Assembly (NCBI GenBank): GCA_002245135.1
Contig: NGBS01000586.1
Location: 248,001-312,000 of the forward strand
DNA: 64,000 nucleotides
Direction of reading: 5' to 3'
Source: Proteromonas lacertae
Taxonomy: Eukaryota
Part shown: positions 11,259 to 22,464 of the stretch, one piece after another
Layout: each line of letters opens with the position of its first letter
Numbering within the stretch: position 1 is the stretch's first letter
Translations under genes and position numbers: made by a program
Notes under the pieces: generated by a model
What the model saw: the letters and a program-made list of their open reading frames with translations, nothing else
The model's database searches: none
What the model was told of the DNA's origin: nothing

Positions 11259-14200
11259 TTATCTATCAAGATATCTTATTTTACTAAGAGCAAGATAGAA
11301 GCACACAACAACAACGAAGAATTCAATCCAAATATAACCAATGTAATTCCAAAACTTTTCATATTCAATACCATAATAATCTCCAAAAAACTCATGTATT
11401 GTTTGCATAGTTCCATTAGCATCTCTAAACGATGGACAATTATCAACAGTAATAACACTTGCATCACATTCAAATTGATTACCAACTGATGCTTGAATAC
11501 CAAATGCATAAGGATTAATCCAATAAATCCATTTCCATGGTGCTTTCAATGATGGATAACGAATACTAAAACCAGCACAAGCGAATAATATGCTCATTAC
11601 ACAACTCATTACTATACCAGCGACTTGCATAATTGGTAAAGAATAAGCTGCTAAATAACCACACATAGAAGCTAACATCATCATTGAATAAGAAGTAAAT
11701 GCATCTTTAAACACTGCAGCTACTGTACTTTTCAATCCAACCATTCCATAATAGAATATTAAATAACACCATTCTATGAAGAATAGAAATACCATTTCTC
11801 CTAATATATTCGCTATCACTTGAGCAACTGGATGAAAAGTCCTCATAGCATCTTCACGGTAAAAGATTGTTCTATTTTCTATTAAAATTGGCACAATACC
11901 AAAGAGATTATTCATACAGACAGCGTTTACTGATAATGAAACAGCTGCAAATTTACTTAAAACATTACCCATTGTTTCATGTGGTAATTGATAATATAAA
12001 ATACCAACCATCAATGATAAAACAGTTAAATTTCTTATTTTTGCTAAATTGTAACGTAATAATCTAAACCCAAATCGATAAGTTCTTTTAGTCACTTCAA
12101 ATATCTGTTTTGTTATTGGAACAGCATATGCTTCTTTAAAGGCAATTGCTGGTAGTTTGGATGATCGAATTTCTTCTAAATTCATTTCTACATTTCGATA
12201 TAAATCTGTTGTGAAATAATAATCACCAAATTTCACATTCTTTGTATTTCCTGTTCCAGCTCCAGTTACATCTAACATCCAACTGGCTGGATTTTGACCT
12301 TCTTCAATTGGACTAACTCCATCAATCTGTTCCATATATTCTACCACTTTACTACCATTTTCACCAAGTGGACCACAATATACTACTTTTCCACCTCTTT
12401 CTAGTAATAATACATCAGTAAATAACTTGAATATTTCAAATGATGGTTGATGGATTGTACAAATTATACTTCTTCCACTTGCTGCGATTCTTTGTAATAC
12501 TTGACATACTAATAAAGCAGCTGAACTATCTAATCCAGTTGTTGGTTCATCTAAGAATAATATTGATGGATTAGCTACTAATTCGATTCCTACCATCACC
12601 AATTTTCGAACACCCATTGGTAAACCACTATCTGGTTGACCAATCATCATATCTTTATATTCTTTTAATTCCAACAATTCAATCACTTCTTTAACATAAT
12701 TATGGATTGTAGATTCTCGAGGATGACCTGGATATCTTAATCTTGCACTGAAATATAATGCATCTTTGACAGTCTCAGTTTCTGGTAATGTATCTTGTTG
12801 TTCAACATAACCACTAATCATACATAAATCTTTTGCTTTATATGGCTTACCATTCAATAAGAATGTACCTTCTATTTTACCTTGCGTTTTTCTATTTGCT
12901 AATACATCTAATAATGTTGTTTTACCTGCACCACTCGCTCCCATCAATGCTGTCATACTGTGAGCTCGAACATAACCACTAACATCATTCAATAAGATTT
13001 TATCTTCTTTCTTTTTAGTTGTTGGATTTTTGACTTGGACTGTATACTTTATATGTTCAAAAGAGAAATCAACCGCTCTGAAATTTACTTCACTTGCTGA
13101 AGATCTGGCACTCATTTCACTTTGCCTATTTGGATCGACAGCTTTAACATCTTTCGTTGAAACAGTCTTACTTGGTGGATATGGATCATAAATAATGAAA
13201 TGTAAAACAATCATTTGAATAATAATAAAACAAATATGTTCACAGATTAATATCAAGAAGTATTGCCATTGTGCGTTTTTATCAGTTGGAAAGTCATAAT
13301 TTTTTAAATACATTTTACCTTCTTCTTCACTATAATCACTTGAAGTAAATTCATTCACTGCCATTCCTTTAATCATATAACTTAATGGAGTAAAATAGTA
13401 GAATTCTATTAGCCAATCAGGTATTGTATCTCTAGTAATATTTACACCATTAAAAGCATTTAAAAAGAAGCCAATAATTGGCATAAAAGTAGACAAAACG
13501 GCAATATTTTTAAACAAATACATCATAATCAATTGAAATGAAGTGAAAGTGATATATCCAACAAATTCATAGGCAATAAATATAAAATAATGAGCTCCAT
13601 TATCCGCCAATGAAAATCCACTCATAAAATAGATTATACTACCAAATACAACAGATTCAATAAACTGCATTGGATATTGATTCAATACAACACTTAAAAC
13701 ATAAGAAGGAACTGAGAAAAATCCTCTTTGAACTTGTTTATACATCACTGGTTTCTGAAAGAATATACCAATAATCACAGAACCACTAGTATTGATTAAA
13801 GTCATAACAGCAGTAGCTATAACACCAGTTTTAGCTGTAAAATCATCTTTCTTTAAATTGAAAAAAATCCAACCAAAAACTAAACTCATTAATAATTGTT
13901 GAATTATTCTTGCTACTAAAAATCCTTTATCTAAAAAGGTACATTTTGCTTGTCTTCTAATTAAATAGAATAATTCATGCCAGAAAGGCATTGGATGAGC
14001 TGTATTAAACATAACATCATTATAGTCATTCTTTGGAACTTCTGTTTTTTCCACTTTTTCATTCACACTTTCTAGATTTTTCTTTTTCATATCACTTAAT
14101 TCATAACTGTCTACTAAATATTGAGTGGTTAATGGAGTTTTTTCATCTTTTCTATAAACACTTCTTGTTTCTTCTTTACCTATTTCACAGATGAATGATC

Positions 14201-15230
14201 CTAAATCTTTTCCTTCTATCATTTGATAACCAATTGAATTGAAATAAGGTAATATACCATCACATGGACCAGCATAGATAACTTGACCTTCACTTAACAT
14301 TATCATATTATCAAATAATGCAATAACCTCTGGATCTGGTTGTAATAAGTGACATACTAAGATTCCTTCAAATATTTTTGTCCATTGATTTAAGAATTTA
14401 CAAATATCAAATGTTACTGCACTATCTAAACCAGTACTGATTTTATCTAATAATAATACTCGACTTGGACCTAATAAAGATTCACCAACAGACACTCTCT
14501 TCATTTCACCACCACTACAACCACGATGAACTGCATCTCCAACGATTGTGTTTTTACAGATAGTCAAGCCTAATAGTTTGATGAATAATTCACTTCTTAG
14601 GTTTATATCATCTTCAATCATTGAATGGCCTTTACTTTTCATCTCACCTTTACCATTTAAACAACCAACTGCGAAATCAAATGTATCTTTGACAGATAAT
14701 AAAGGTAAATGAATATCTAATTGTCCACAGAAACTTACATAGTGAGACCAATTGAAATGCTGTAGAGGAAAACCATTACAAGTAATTGAACCTGTTACTT
14801 GACTTTTTGGTAAAGAATTTGCTAATAATTTTAATACTGTTGAACTACCACAGCATGGAGGACCCATAACTAGAGTTGAAGTTCCTGGTTTGAAACGAAA
14901 TGTGATATTCTTCACTACTGGACGATCTTCATATATACCACATGGGAATAAATTACGAATTTGATAATAAAGTCCATTAATAATATTAATTACACCATGT
15001 TTTTCACTCTTTGGTTGCTTGGCCGTATAATTCACTCCTTTCATAGCTATATCAACGGGTGGTAATTCAGGCATAATAGATTTGATTTTTTTAGCGTAAT
15101 ATTCATATCCTTTCTCTAATGCTTCATCCGAGCCTTTTAAACTGACATCTTTAACAGGTAATTCTTCTTTCTTTGGATCAGGTTTGACATTTGTCATTTC
15201 AACTTCATTAGCACCTTTATTTTCATTCAT
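11259..15230 (-). CDS. Full-size PDR-type ABCG transporter (NBD-TMD-NBD-TMD)
   Basis: 1323-aa ORF; degenerate Walker A GPPCCGSS, CSGGEMKRVSVGE, LDKISTGLDS; second NBD GASGAGKTTLLDVLA, LFLDEPTTGLDS, CTIHQPS; two TM blocks. Confidence 0.95.
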   Translation of the reverse strand: MNENKGANEVEMTNVKPDPKKEELPVKDVSLKGSDEALEKGYEYYAKKIKSIMPELPPVDIAMKGVNYTAKQPKSEKHGVINIINGLYYQIRNLFPCGIYEDRPVVKNITFRFKPGTSTLVMGPPCCGSSTVLKLLANSLPKSQVTGSITCNGFPLQHFNWSHYVSFCGQLDIHLPLLSVKDTFDFAVGCLNGKGEMKSKGHSMIEDDINLRSELFIKLLGLTICKNTIVGDAVHRGCSGGEMKRVSVGESLLGPSRVLLLDKISTGLDSAVTFDICKFLNQWTKIFEGILVCHLLQPDPEVIALFDNMIMLSEGQVIYAGPCDGILPYFNSIGYQMIEGKDLGSFICEIGKEETRSVYRKDEKTPLTTQYLVDSYELSDMKKKNLESVNEKVEKTEVPKNDYNDVMFNTAHPMPFWHELFYLIRRQAKCTFLDKGFLVARIIQQLLMSLVFGWIFFNLKKDDFTAKTGVIATAVMTLINTSGSVIIGIFFQKPVMYKQVQRGFFSVPSYVLSVVLNQYPMQFIESVVFGSIIYFMSGFSLADNGAHYFIFIAYEFVGYITFTSFQLIMMYLFKNIAVLSTFMPIIGFFLNAFNGVNITRDTIPDWLIEFYYFTPLSYMIKGMAVNEFTSSDYSEEEGKMYLKNYDFPTDKNAQWQYFLILICEHICFIIIQMIVLHFIIYDPYPPSKTVSTKDVKAVDPNRQSEMSARSSASEVNFRAVDFSFEHIKYTVQVKNPTTKKKEDKILLNDVSGYVRAHSMTALMGASGAGKTTLLDVLANRKTQGKIEGTFLLNGKPYKAKDLCMISGYVEQQDTLPETETVKDALYFSARLRYPGHPRESTIHNYVKEVIELLELKEYKDMMIGQPDSGLPMGVRKLVMVGIELVANPSILFLDEPTTGLDSSAALLVCQVLQRIAASGRSIICTIHQPSFEIFKLFTDVLLLERGGKVVYCGPLGENGSKVVEYMEQIDGVSPIEEGQNPASWMLDVTGAGTGNTKNVKFGDYYFTTDLYRNVEMNLEEIRSSKLPAIAFKEAYAVPITKQIFEVTKRTYRFGFRLLRYNLAKIRNLTVLSLMVGILYYQLPHETMGNVLSKFAAVSLSVNAVCMNNLFGIVPILIENRTIFYREDAMRTFHPVAQVIANILGEMVFLFFIEWCYLIFYYGMVGLKSTVAAVFKDAFTSYSMMMLASMCGYLAAYSLPIMQVAGIVMSCVMSILFACAGFSIRYPSLKAPWKWIYWINPYAFGIQASVGNQFECDASVITVDNCPSFRDANGTMQTIHEFFGDYYGIEYEKFWNYIGYIWIEFFVVVVCFYLALSKIRYLDR

Positions 15231-15432
15231 CTATGAAGAGACACAAATGTAAATATATTCGTTTCATTAACAAATGTTTTCTGTTAAATACCATTGATTA
15301 TAAAATGAATCAAGCTGATTTCAATTTAAAATATCCATACATTACTTGATATATTATCAAAAACACAAAAATAAATTCATTAAATGAAAAAATTCATTTT
15401 AAAATTTGAACCTGATCTGATCGATTCTCAAA

Positions 15433-16548
15433 ATGAAATTTCTTTATTTTTTAATTTTGATATGCTGTGGCTATAATTTTGAAGAAACAAACTCATTTAT
15501 AGAAATACACAAGATATTTAAAGGTGATTCAGGTGTAGAGTACTTAGAAGGTCGAAATTTATGTATTGTGGAAGATGGCCATGTAATATCACTTAGATAC
15601 TTTCTAACTGATGATAATATACAAAATGCAATGTTATTTTTTAAATATAGGGAATTATCAAACTTCCATATTGTTGTTTTAAATCAGACTCTCAAAACTA
15701 AGTATACTGTTTGGGATAAGATTGAAACTCCATGGGCTATTTCGATGCCTTACAAACTCCATATTGGCCATTATTTAGATTCTTATATAGCTTTATATCA
15801 TTCATTATTTAATGATGAAATTCCTCAAATAGATTATTTATTTCATTTAGTATTTGATCCAAAATCTGAAATAGAATGGAATGTTGGTATATACGATCTG
15901 TTAATGCGATATTATAACAATTCAATAATAAACATTTTCCAAGATAAACTCTCTCGAATATTACCAATATGTTTTGACAAATTATATATGATTGGGAATT
16001 ATGATTATCCTAAATTCTTTCTTCCTTTTTCATATCGAAATCGAAAGACATTTCGAGATGATACACTATCCTATTTGAAAGTGAAGAAAGATGATAAAGA
16101 AAGTAAGATGAGAATAGGAATAATCAATCGAAGAAATAAAAGAGTATTAAATACTGATATAATATTTCTATATTTGAATGAAATAAAAATGAAATATGAT
16201 ATAATATATTTCGAAGATTTGAATATGAAAGAACAAATAGAATGGATGAATAGTCATAACTATATAATCGCAATTCATGGAAGTGGGTTAACAAATGTGA
16301 TTTGGTGTATAGATGGAATAGGTTTATTAGAAATAACTCATCGAGGATTTGATCATGATTTTATGGAGTGGGGAATTTACTTTAATTTTATATACCACAA
16401 GTTATACAGTCAAGATATAATTGGTGAAACTGAATATATGATTCAGAGAGAAATTAAAATAATTTATGATTATTCTGATATAAATAATGTAAATCTAAAA
16501 GAGTTTATTTATTTATTTAACCTAATTTATAAGAAATTAAATATTTAA
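15433..16548 (+). CDS. GT61/DUF563-family glycosyltransferase (secretory)
   Basis: Signal peptide; RRNKRVLN..FEDLNMKEQIEWM..IIAIHGSGLTNVIW..LLEI matches the HGAGLTN motif; intronless. Confidence 0.8.
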   Translation: MKFLYFLILICCGYNFEETNSFIEIHKIFKGDSGVEYLEGRNLCIVEDGHVISLRYFLTDDNIQNAMLFFKYRELSNFHIVVLNQTLKTKYTVWDKIETPWAISMPYKLHIGHYLDSYIALYHSLFNDEIPQIDYLFHLVFDPKSEIEWNVGIYDLLMRYYNNSIINIFQDKLSRILPICFDKLYMIGNYDYPKFFLPFSYRNRKTFRDDTLSYLKVKKDDKESKMRIGIINRRNKRVLNTDIIFLYLNEIKMKYDIIYFEDLNMKEQIEWMNSHNYIIAIHGSGLTNVIWCIDGIGLLEITHRGFDHDFMEWGIYFNFIYHKLYSQDIIGETEYMIQREIKIIYDYSDINNVNLKEFIYLFNLIYKKLNI

Positions 16549-16595
16549 TTATATATATTAAATAAGAAAAACAATGAATAAAAAACATAATGTCA

Positions 16596-17621
16596 TTAAT
16601 CTTTAGATACACTTATACATAATGTTTGTAAATCACTAGATTTTAACGGAATACTTTCAATTATAGAGAAATATTCATCAATATTTATATCACTAGGAAA
16701 GGTTTTCAATAATTCTAACACTTTACCTAAATCCAACTCAAAGAATGTCTGTTTGTACAATTTCAAATAAGCAATAGCAGCTTTATATAGAAATACTTCC
16801 TTTTCGCTTAAATAACAATCTAAAATTCTATACTCAAGCTCAATTGGACAATTCTTTGAAAATAACGTTATAAACCATTCTAAAGCGTATATTTCAGGCA
16901 TCGCACCTTTAGAAGCAAAATAATCATATAATTCTGATTCATATTTTTTAAATAAATTTTGATACACTTTAAAATATACATTCAAATTATTCATCTGAAA
17001 TACAGCGAATTGTTTATAAAATGTAGTTCCAATTATATTACAAAAACATTTAAAACTTGTGAATTCATCTAAATAGTGTAAAAATATTGACATTATAAAT
17101 GACATCCCTTGCACGTATCCTATTTCTAAATTATAGAATGTAAATGCTTCTAGACATGTTTGCAATTGAGATGATGTGTAGTGCTTCCTTATACACTCTG
17201 GTAAATCGAATAATGTCCCTACATTAAATATTTATAACTATAATAATAATATACTAGGAACATCCTTATCAATAATAAATATAGACGATTCTCTTCCTTT
17301 CTCTTCACCTGTTTCTGGATCATCTTCAGAAGGCCTTTTCTTTCTATATTCTTTAACAGCAGCTTTACAATCTTCAAAACATTTTTCATCTATTCCCAGA
17401 TTATCTCCTATTAATTCTACCCATACCTATATTTCAATAGTTATTGAAAATTATACTCTGGCTCTTAAATTTTCTGGAATGCCTAACCTACAATAACTTA
17501 TAATCTCGTCATCAATGCCATACTTTTCCAACCTTTTCAATCCTTCGCTAATCCACCATTTTTCTGGATTATTATGTTTGGATTTAAATACATTATGTAC
17601 TAAAGAATTAAACTTTTGCAT
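16596..17621 (-). CDS. TBC-domain Rab GTPase-activating protein
   Basis: GIPENLRARVW, IDKDVPRT (Arg finger, split by an intron), GYVQGMSFI (Gln finger), WFITLFS, RILDCYL. Confidence 0.9.
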
Positions 17622-17671
17622 TTTTATTTTATTTTGAATATCTTATTTTTCAAAAAATTGAAATACTTAAA

Positions 17672-17726
17672 AATACACTACTAATACAAACAATACACTC
17701 CTTAATTCAAAACAATACAGTGTATT
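17672..17726. promoter_or_regulatory. Cluster of AATACACT motifs in the TBC/WDR19 divergent promoter
   Basis: AATACACT at 17672 and 17692, AGTGTATT at 17719. Confidence 0.55.
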
Positions 17727-17761
17727 TTACTCTTTCAGTTATTTTAAAATATTGAATTGAA

Positions 17762-20700
17762 ATGAAAGAGTTATTCTCTATACCTGCAACGAGACACGGA
17801 TTTGGGCATACCATGTTCGCTTGGCAAGTATGAATATATTTATAAAGTCATTTTACTATTTGATTAGCCTGGTGGGAATTTATTGGCATCCGCTGGTCAG
17901 AAAGGACTAGTATCTGTATATGATCGACATGGTGAGTATTATGCTGAGTTTTCAACTCAAAAATCAGTAATAGCCATTCAATGGGATAGAAATGGTGATT
18001 ATTTAGCATTAATCCAGAAAGGAATGTCGGTGGTATATTGAACAATAAAATTATTATATTAGGTGTCAATTTGGAATGCAAGAACTAAGAAAATTACTGA
18101 ATTAACCTCAACTCTTCAAGATCCAACCTGTTTAAAGTGGTCAAGAATCAGTGATAAACTTGCAGTAGGTGATAGTAAAGGTAATTTATTGCTTTACGAT
18201 AGTGATCATGGTAAAAAGAATGAATTAGCAGGAAAACATGGTGGAGCTATTACATGTGTAGCATGGTCAAATACTGATATTTTAGCATTAGGAAGTGAGG
18301 ATAATAAGTTCTCTTTAAGTAATGCTGATGGGAAAACATTTGAAGGTATGATATTGTTATTTATATTGTTTCAATAGAATTGACTATTAAAGCTCCTGCA
18401 TTAGATGTGCAATTCTCAAGACAAAAGGTTGATGGAAGAGATAGTCAAATTGAGAGAACAATATCTGTCAATATTGGTGGTAAATCATTATTATTGTATT
18501 TTTCTATTTATTTAAATGTATATAATGTAGGTATAATATTGATGATCCAGGAAATCCAATTGAGTTAGCTTTCCAATCTAGATATGGTGATTTAGTAGCA
18601 ATTCAATGGTTTGGAGATGGTTATTTGATTGTAGGATTCTCTGAAGGCTTCTTTGTCATAATCTCCACTCATATGAAAGAAATCGGTGAAGAAATTTACT
18701 CAATCCATTTATTCAAAGAATGTGGTTTATCAGGAATAAAATATTCACCCCAAACAAACCGTGCGTTTATAGTCGCAAACAAAACCATCAAGGTCTTAGA
18801 GAATAGTGCAAATACATGGTCACCCTTAGACCATGAGACTGTTACATTAGATAGTGAAAGAAATGACATTGAAGATATAGGATTAAGTGAAGATGGTCAA
18901 ATCGTGACAGTAAGTACAACATCAGGTACAGTTCGTAATTTCCTCTCTAGTTTACCACTAATCAATGGTTTCTGTACCACAAGTGTCGCTTATCTCTCAT
19001 CATTAAGAGAAGTTAGTATATTTGATACGTTGAGAGGAACTAAACCTCAAACCATCAGTGTAGATATGGAGCCAAGCTTTTTAACTCTTGGTGAAGAATA
19101 CATAGCAGTTGGAATGAATAATAGAGTAATAGTCTATCAAATTAGTAATGGCAAACAAGTGGATTCAATTGATTATCTCAATAGTGTGAAGAAGTGTATT
19201 ATTTCAGGTGAATATATTGCTGCATTATATGGTAATAGATTAGATATCAGAGAGATTGGCAGTAGTAATAATAACAATAAGAAACACGTATTATTCCCAC
19301 CAGATAATGATAGTTATAATGTAACTTCAATTGGTGGAGGAGGTAATGGATTTATATATTATGCAACGAGTAATAATAATCAGAATGAAAATAGATTGAA
19401 TATATTCTATACTGTTGACTTTGTAACATTAGATGGCTGTGGTATCAATCATAATAATAAGATCAATATGATTGAATGTAATATTAATGGGACAAGGGCT
19501 ATATTTGTGGATGATAAAGGTATTTACATGTTCTTACCTTCTACTAAAGCATTATCATTAATTCCATACAATCATACGACTAATATTAAGATATTATGGG
19601 ATATGAAAGATGATGGTGGATTTATTATTCAAGACAGTGATAATATCCATTCATTTATATTCAGTGATACTTCAATTCATGGTGAAATATGTAGTGAACT
19701 TGGAAGTGTGAATATTAGTGATAATGGAGAAGTGATAATCAAAGCACAGAGTACTTTATTGAATATGGGAAACATACCTATTACTTGTTATGATGGATTA
19801 TTAACCTGTCAATCTGCTAGTGGTTCTATTGATGAATTGAAATTACATTCTCATGATAAGTTGGTAGATGATAGACCTCAAGCTAGTAATGCATTCTATT
19901 CACTCTGTTTCCAACAGAATTTAGCATTATTAAGACTTCAAGAAGCTTGGCAAGTTGCTGTTAAATTAAAGTCAAAGAAGTGTTGGTTAGCTTTAGGTAA
20001 TAAAGCAATGGAACAGTTGGATATTGATATGGCTATTAAGGTATTTAGGCATTTAGGAGATGCAGGAATGGTATTATCCTTACGTGAAATATCCAATGAA
20101 GAGAATAAGAATCTATTAGCAGCACATATATGGATGTTATATGGTGATTATGATAAAGCACAAGAATTATATTTGAGTAGTAACAAGCCAAGCTTAGCTT
20201 TGACAATGAGATGTGATTTACAGAATTGGCAGATTGCTATTGATTTAGCAAAGACATTAGAACCTGATAAGTTGCCTGAAATATCATTAAGTTATGCACA
20301 TCAGTTAGAATTCCATCAACAATATCATGAAGCATTAGATAAGTATAAATATTAAATTTAATAAATATAGATTTGAAGAAGCGTTAAGAGGATTAAAGGA
20401 TAGTAAAAAGATAAGAGAATGTAAGAGTGGAATAGCAAGATGCTGTATGAGATCAGGAGATATAACGTATATATATAATAGTAATTATTATTATGTATAA
20501 ATAGTCGTGGTAAGAAGATAGTAATGGAAATCCAACCACCTGATGAAAGTCTCTGTACAGAATGTGCAAGTATTTTAGACTCTATGAATCAATTCAGTGA
20601 TGCAGCTTTACTATATGAAAAAGGAAATCAATATGAGAAAGCAGCCAAGATCTATATACAGAATAAGAATTATAAAGCAGCAGAACCATTAATGAAGAAG

Positions 20701-22255
20701 ATAGCAAGTCCAAAGTTACATGGATTATATGCTAAAGCTATGGAAGCTGAAAAGAAATATGATTTGGCTGTAAGAGGATATGAATTTGCTAATGATATTG
20801 ATAAGTATATTATTATATATTTATTTCTAATATTATTATTATTATTTTAATAGCATTGTTCGTATCTTAGTAGAAAACTTGAAAGATTACAAGAAAGCCT
20901 TCGAATTAACTCGAAAACACAAGAGTCAAAAAGCAGCTTTAATCTGTAGTAAATACTGTGAAGATATAAAGAACTATAAGAGTTGCGTAGAGTTCTTATT
21001 AATTGGTAATAAGAATGACATGGCATTCAGAGCAGCACAAGATCATAATGAAATGGAGAGTTATATGAATATGTTACGTAGTTTGAATAATAGCAATAGA
21101 GATGATTTCAAAGATGTCGCTGAATATTATGTTCAAAAAGAAGATTATGAAAAGGCAGGAGACTGTTTCAATGAAATTGGTGAATTCTATTTGGCATTTA
21201 GAAACTATTTACAAAGTGGAAGTGAATCATCAATTGATAAAGCAATTGATGTAGTTGTGAAGACGAATAGTGGAAAAATGTCATTAGAATTAACAGAGTA
21301 TTTAGAAAGTGATGTAGAAGGATCAATGAAGGAGAAATACATCATGAAATTATATGTTAGTAAAGGTCAATTTAAGAAAGCAGCTGAAGTAGGATTAGCA
21401 ATTGCATTAGATGAATTGAGAAATGGAAATTATGCAAGTGGTCATACAATATTATGTGATTTGATTAAAGATATGAGAAGAGAAAGAGGTTATGCACCAC
21501 TCGATATTGTAAAGACATTAGAGGTAATACATAGCTATGTATTAGTAAAGAAATTAGTAGCAATTGAAGATCATGTACATGCTGCTTTAATGTTGGAAAG
21601 AGTGATTGAAAACTTGTCTTATTTCCCCAAAAATATATCATTTTTGTAAAGTTATCATATTTATATTTCTTTAATTTTATTTGTGTAACATGTTCAGATA
21701 TATACTAGTGCTGTAGTTGAATGTCGTCGAGCCAAGCTGAAGGAAGCTGCTTTCCAATATGCCTCTGAATTAATGAAGCCAGAAAATCGAAATAACTTAG
21801 ATCCAAAATTCAAGAAGAAATTCGAAGAAATAGTTCGTAAACCTTCTCATGGTAAAGATCCTGAGTTTTTATCACCTTGTCCATTCTGTAAGACACCTGT
21901 TAATGATATTAAAGATGTTTGTGACAACTGTAAGAACACTATTCCGTTCGATATTGTCACTGGTACTCATTTAGTACCTGATGATATTTGCTTATGTCCA
22001 AAGTGTAATTTTCCAGCAAAGATGTCTGTATTGAAGGAGTATATCACTAAATCACCAAATTGTCCAATGTGTAATGGAGTAATTCAACCATTGGATATTC
22101 AGCCAGTTAAAGATATACCAGTAACATTGAAATTATTGACTAATGTCATTCCTGAGGTAGAAGATAACGAAGATGAATCTACAACAGACAAGAAGGAGGA
22201 ATCATCTAATGACAGATCTGTCAAACCATCTCAACCTCAAGGCCCCCTTCTTTAA
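17762..22255 (+). CDS. WDR19: WD repeat protein 19 / intraflagellar transport protein 144 (IFT-A)
   Basis: GKHGGAITCVAWS, NPIELAFQSRYGDLVAIQWFGDGYLIVGFSEG, ISTHMKEIGEE, AYLSSLRE, TPR region, HSYVLVK, C-terminal PCPFC..C..C zinc-binding tail. Confidence 0.95.
21633..21689 (+). other. Probable U12-type (minor spliceosome) intron in WDR19
   Basis: ATATCATT 5' site at 21635, TTTCTTTAAT branch-like element at 21666-21675, ends ..GTAAC. Removal restores FPKN(H)VQIYTSAVVEC; no in-frame GT-AG solution found. Confidence 0.6.
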
Positions 22256-22464
22256 ATGAAGAGAAGAAAATGCTCATAATTATCTCTCATTTTATTAGTT
22301 TTATGTATTGGGTTGATACATATGCATTGCATAATCATTAAAATCGAAATATTTAGATGAAAATGTTTAGAAATAGTGGATTTTTAACGTAGATTTAAAT
22401 AAGATATTTTTAGTTTAAATTGCCGATTCATCAATAATTCAGAGCAGATCTAGATATTTTAATA

